From Zootoca vivipara (lineage: Eukaryota): DNA of 64,000 nt. A program made the position numbers and the translations under genes. The stretch is from NCBI RefSeq assembly GCF_963506605.1, contig NC_083283.1:39060001-39124000 (forward strand), written 5' to 3'. Of the stretch, positions 63,201-64,000 are shown piece after piece (position 1 is the first letter of the stretch; each line of letters starts with the position of its first letter). The notes beneath the pieces are model-generated. The model had not been told where the DNA came from and searched no databases. It saw only the letters and a list, made by a program, of their open reading frames with translations.

Positions 63201-64000
63201 AACACACCCTGGAGCCAGAAAGAGCACTGTAGAACTGAATGGGAAGAACAAGTTTGCATTTCTTTTTTTCTTTTTGCAAGAATCAAATTGGAAAATCAGT
63301 CTAAATGAATATGATTCTTATCACCAAAATTTAAGAAAAAACTCTGGTTGGTTGAGTAGTGTTGGTGCATGATTTCAAGCAATCAAGAATGTTAGCTAAA
63401 ATAATGTCTTTTTTTTAAAGTCAACAAAGCCTTTAGGTGCTTTGTCTCTGAATACTAGACAATAAAATGTTCAAAATCTTGTTTCAGTTTCAAGCTAGAG
63501 TGCAATGCTTGGGGGGAAATGCTTCCAGATACAGTCAAGCATTAAGTGCTGGACAAAGTATACAAACTTCAGTGACATCACAAAGTTAAATGGCAGAGGC
63601 AATTAGTAGAACTCATCCCAAACCGTGTCTTCAGAGATTTCTCAGCCAATGGTCCATTTAAAAATACAGGTGTACATGACAACATACACAATTAAATAAT
63701 CAATCACACTTTTCAGAATCTTTAGAGTGTAGCAGTAATCCACAATTATAGAAGGCCTTATTCATAGCAATAGAAACAGACTACTTTGCCCTCTGGAGAG
63801 TTAATCTGACAGCTGGAGCTTTGGATTTTTATTGCACAACACACTGTGATGTATTCATCATTCTTAGTTCTGCCTGGTGAGTTCTCGATCCCCGAGTGGT
63901 GAAATGGAAGAACGAATAAGCTTGTAGCCCACCTCTGCACTCTCTCTAAACCGACCAAATTTCCCATGCCGTGTCCTGAATTATTAAAATACTGACTTTG

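Noticed and set aside
63900-63970. LERVQRWAT peptide resembling CR1 ORF2
   Set aside because: Probably an ancient CR1 remnant, but too short to delimit or support as a feature.
1-64000. CRISPR arrays, operons or other prokaryotic systems
   Set aside because: The sequence is vertebrate and has no regularly spaced repeat-spacer structure.

Overview
Vertebrate genomic DNA, almost certainly a squamate and probably a lacertid lizard, judged from Sauria/POM-type SINEs, BovB, L2, CR1, L1, RTE-X, Penelope and many hAT/Tigger/Harbinger MITEs. It contains one 145-N assembly gap and no intact host protein-coding gene that I can see. The only long ORF (50668-52770) is a 5'-truncated L1 ORF2. The main discovery is on the minus strand at about 3657-16261. 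Eight exon-like segments join in phase into a ~611-codon reading frame whose N-terminal half aligns collinearly with human C18orf63 (DUF4708), using a reference sequence recalled from memory. The frame has 7 in-frame stops and one dead splice donor. It looks like a decayed, very divergent and probably unannotated C18orf63 paralog, and part of the domain is reminiscent of an Argonaute-type PAZ fold (inference). The remaining ~48 kb is gene-poor, with transposons, microsatellites, a few rearrangement scars, two orphan exon-like segments and TE-free blocks that may be conserved non-coding elements.
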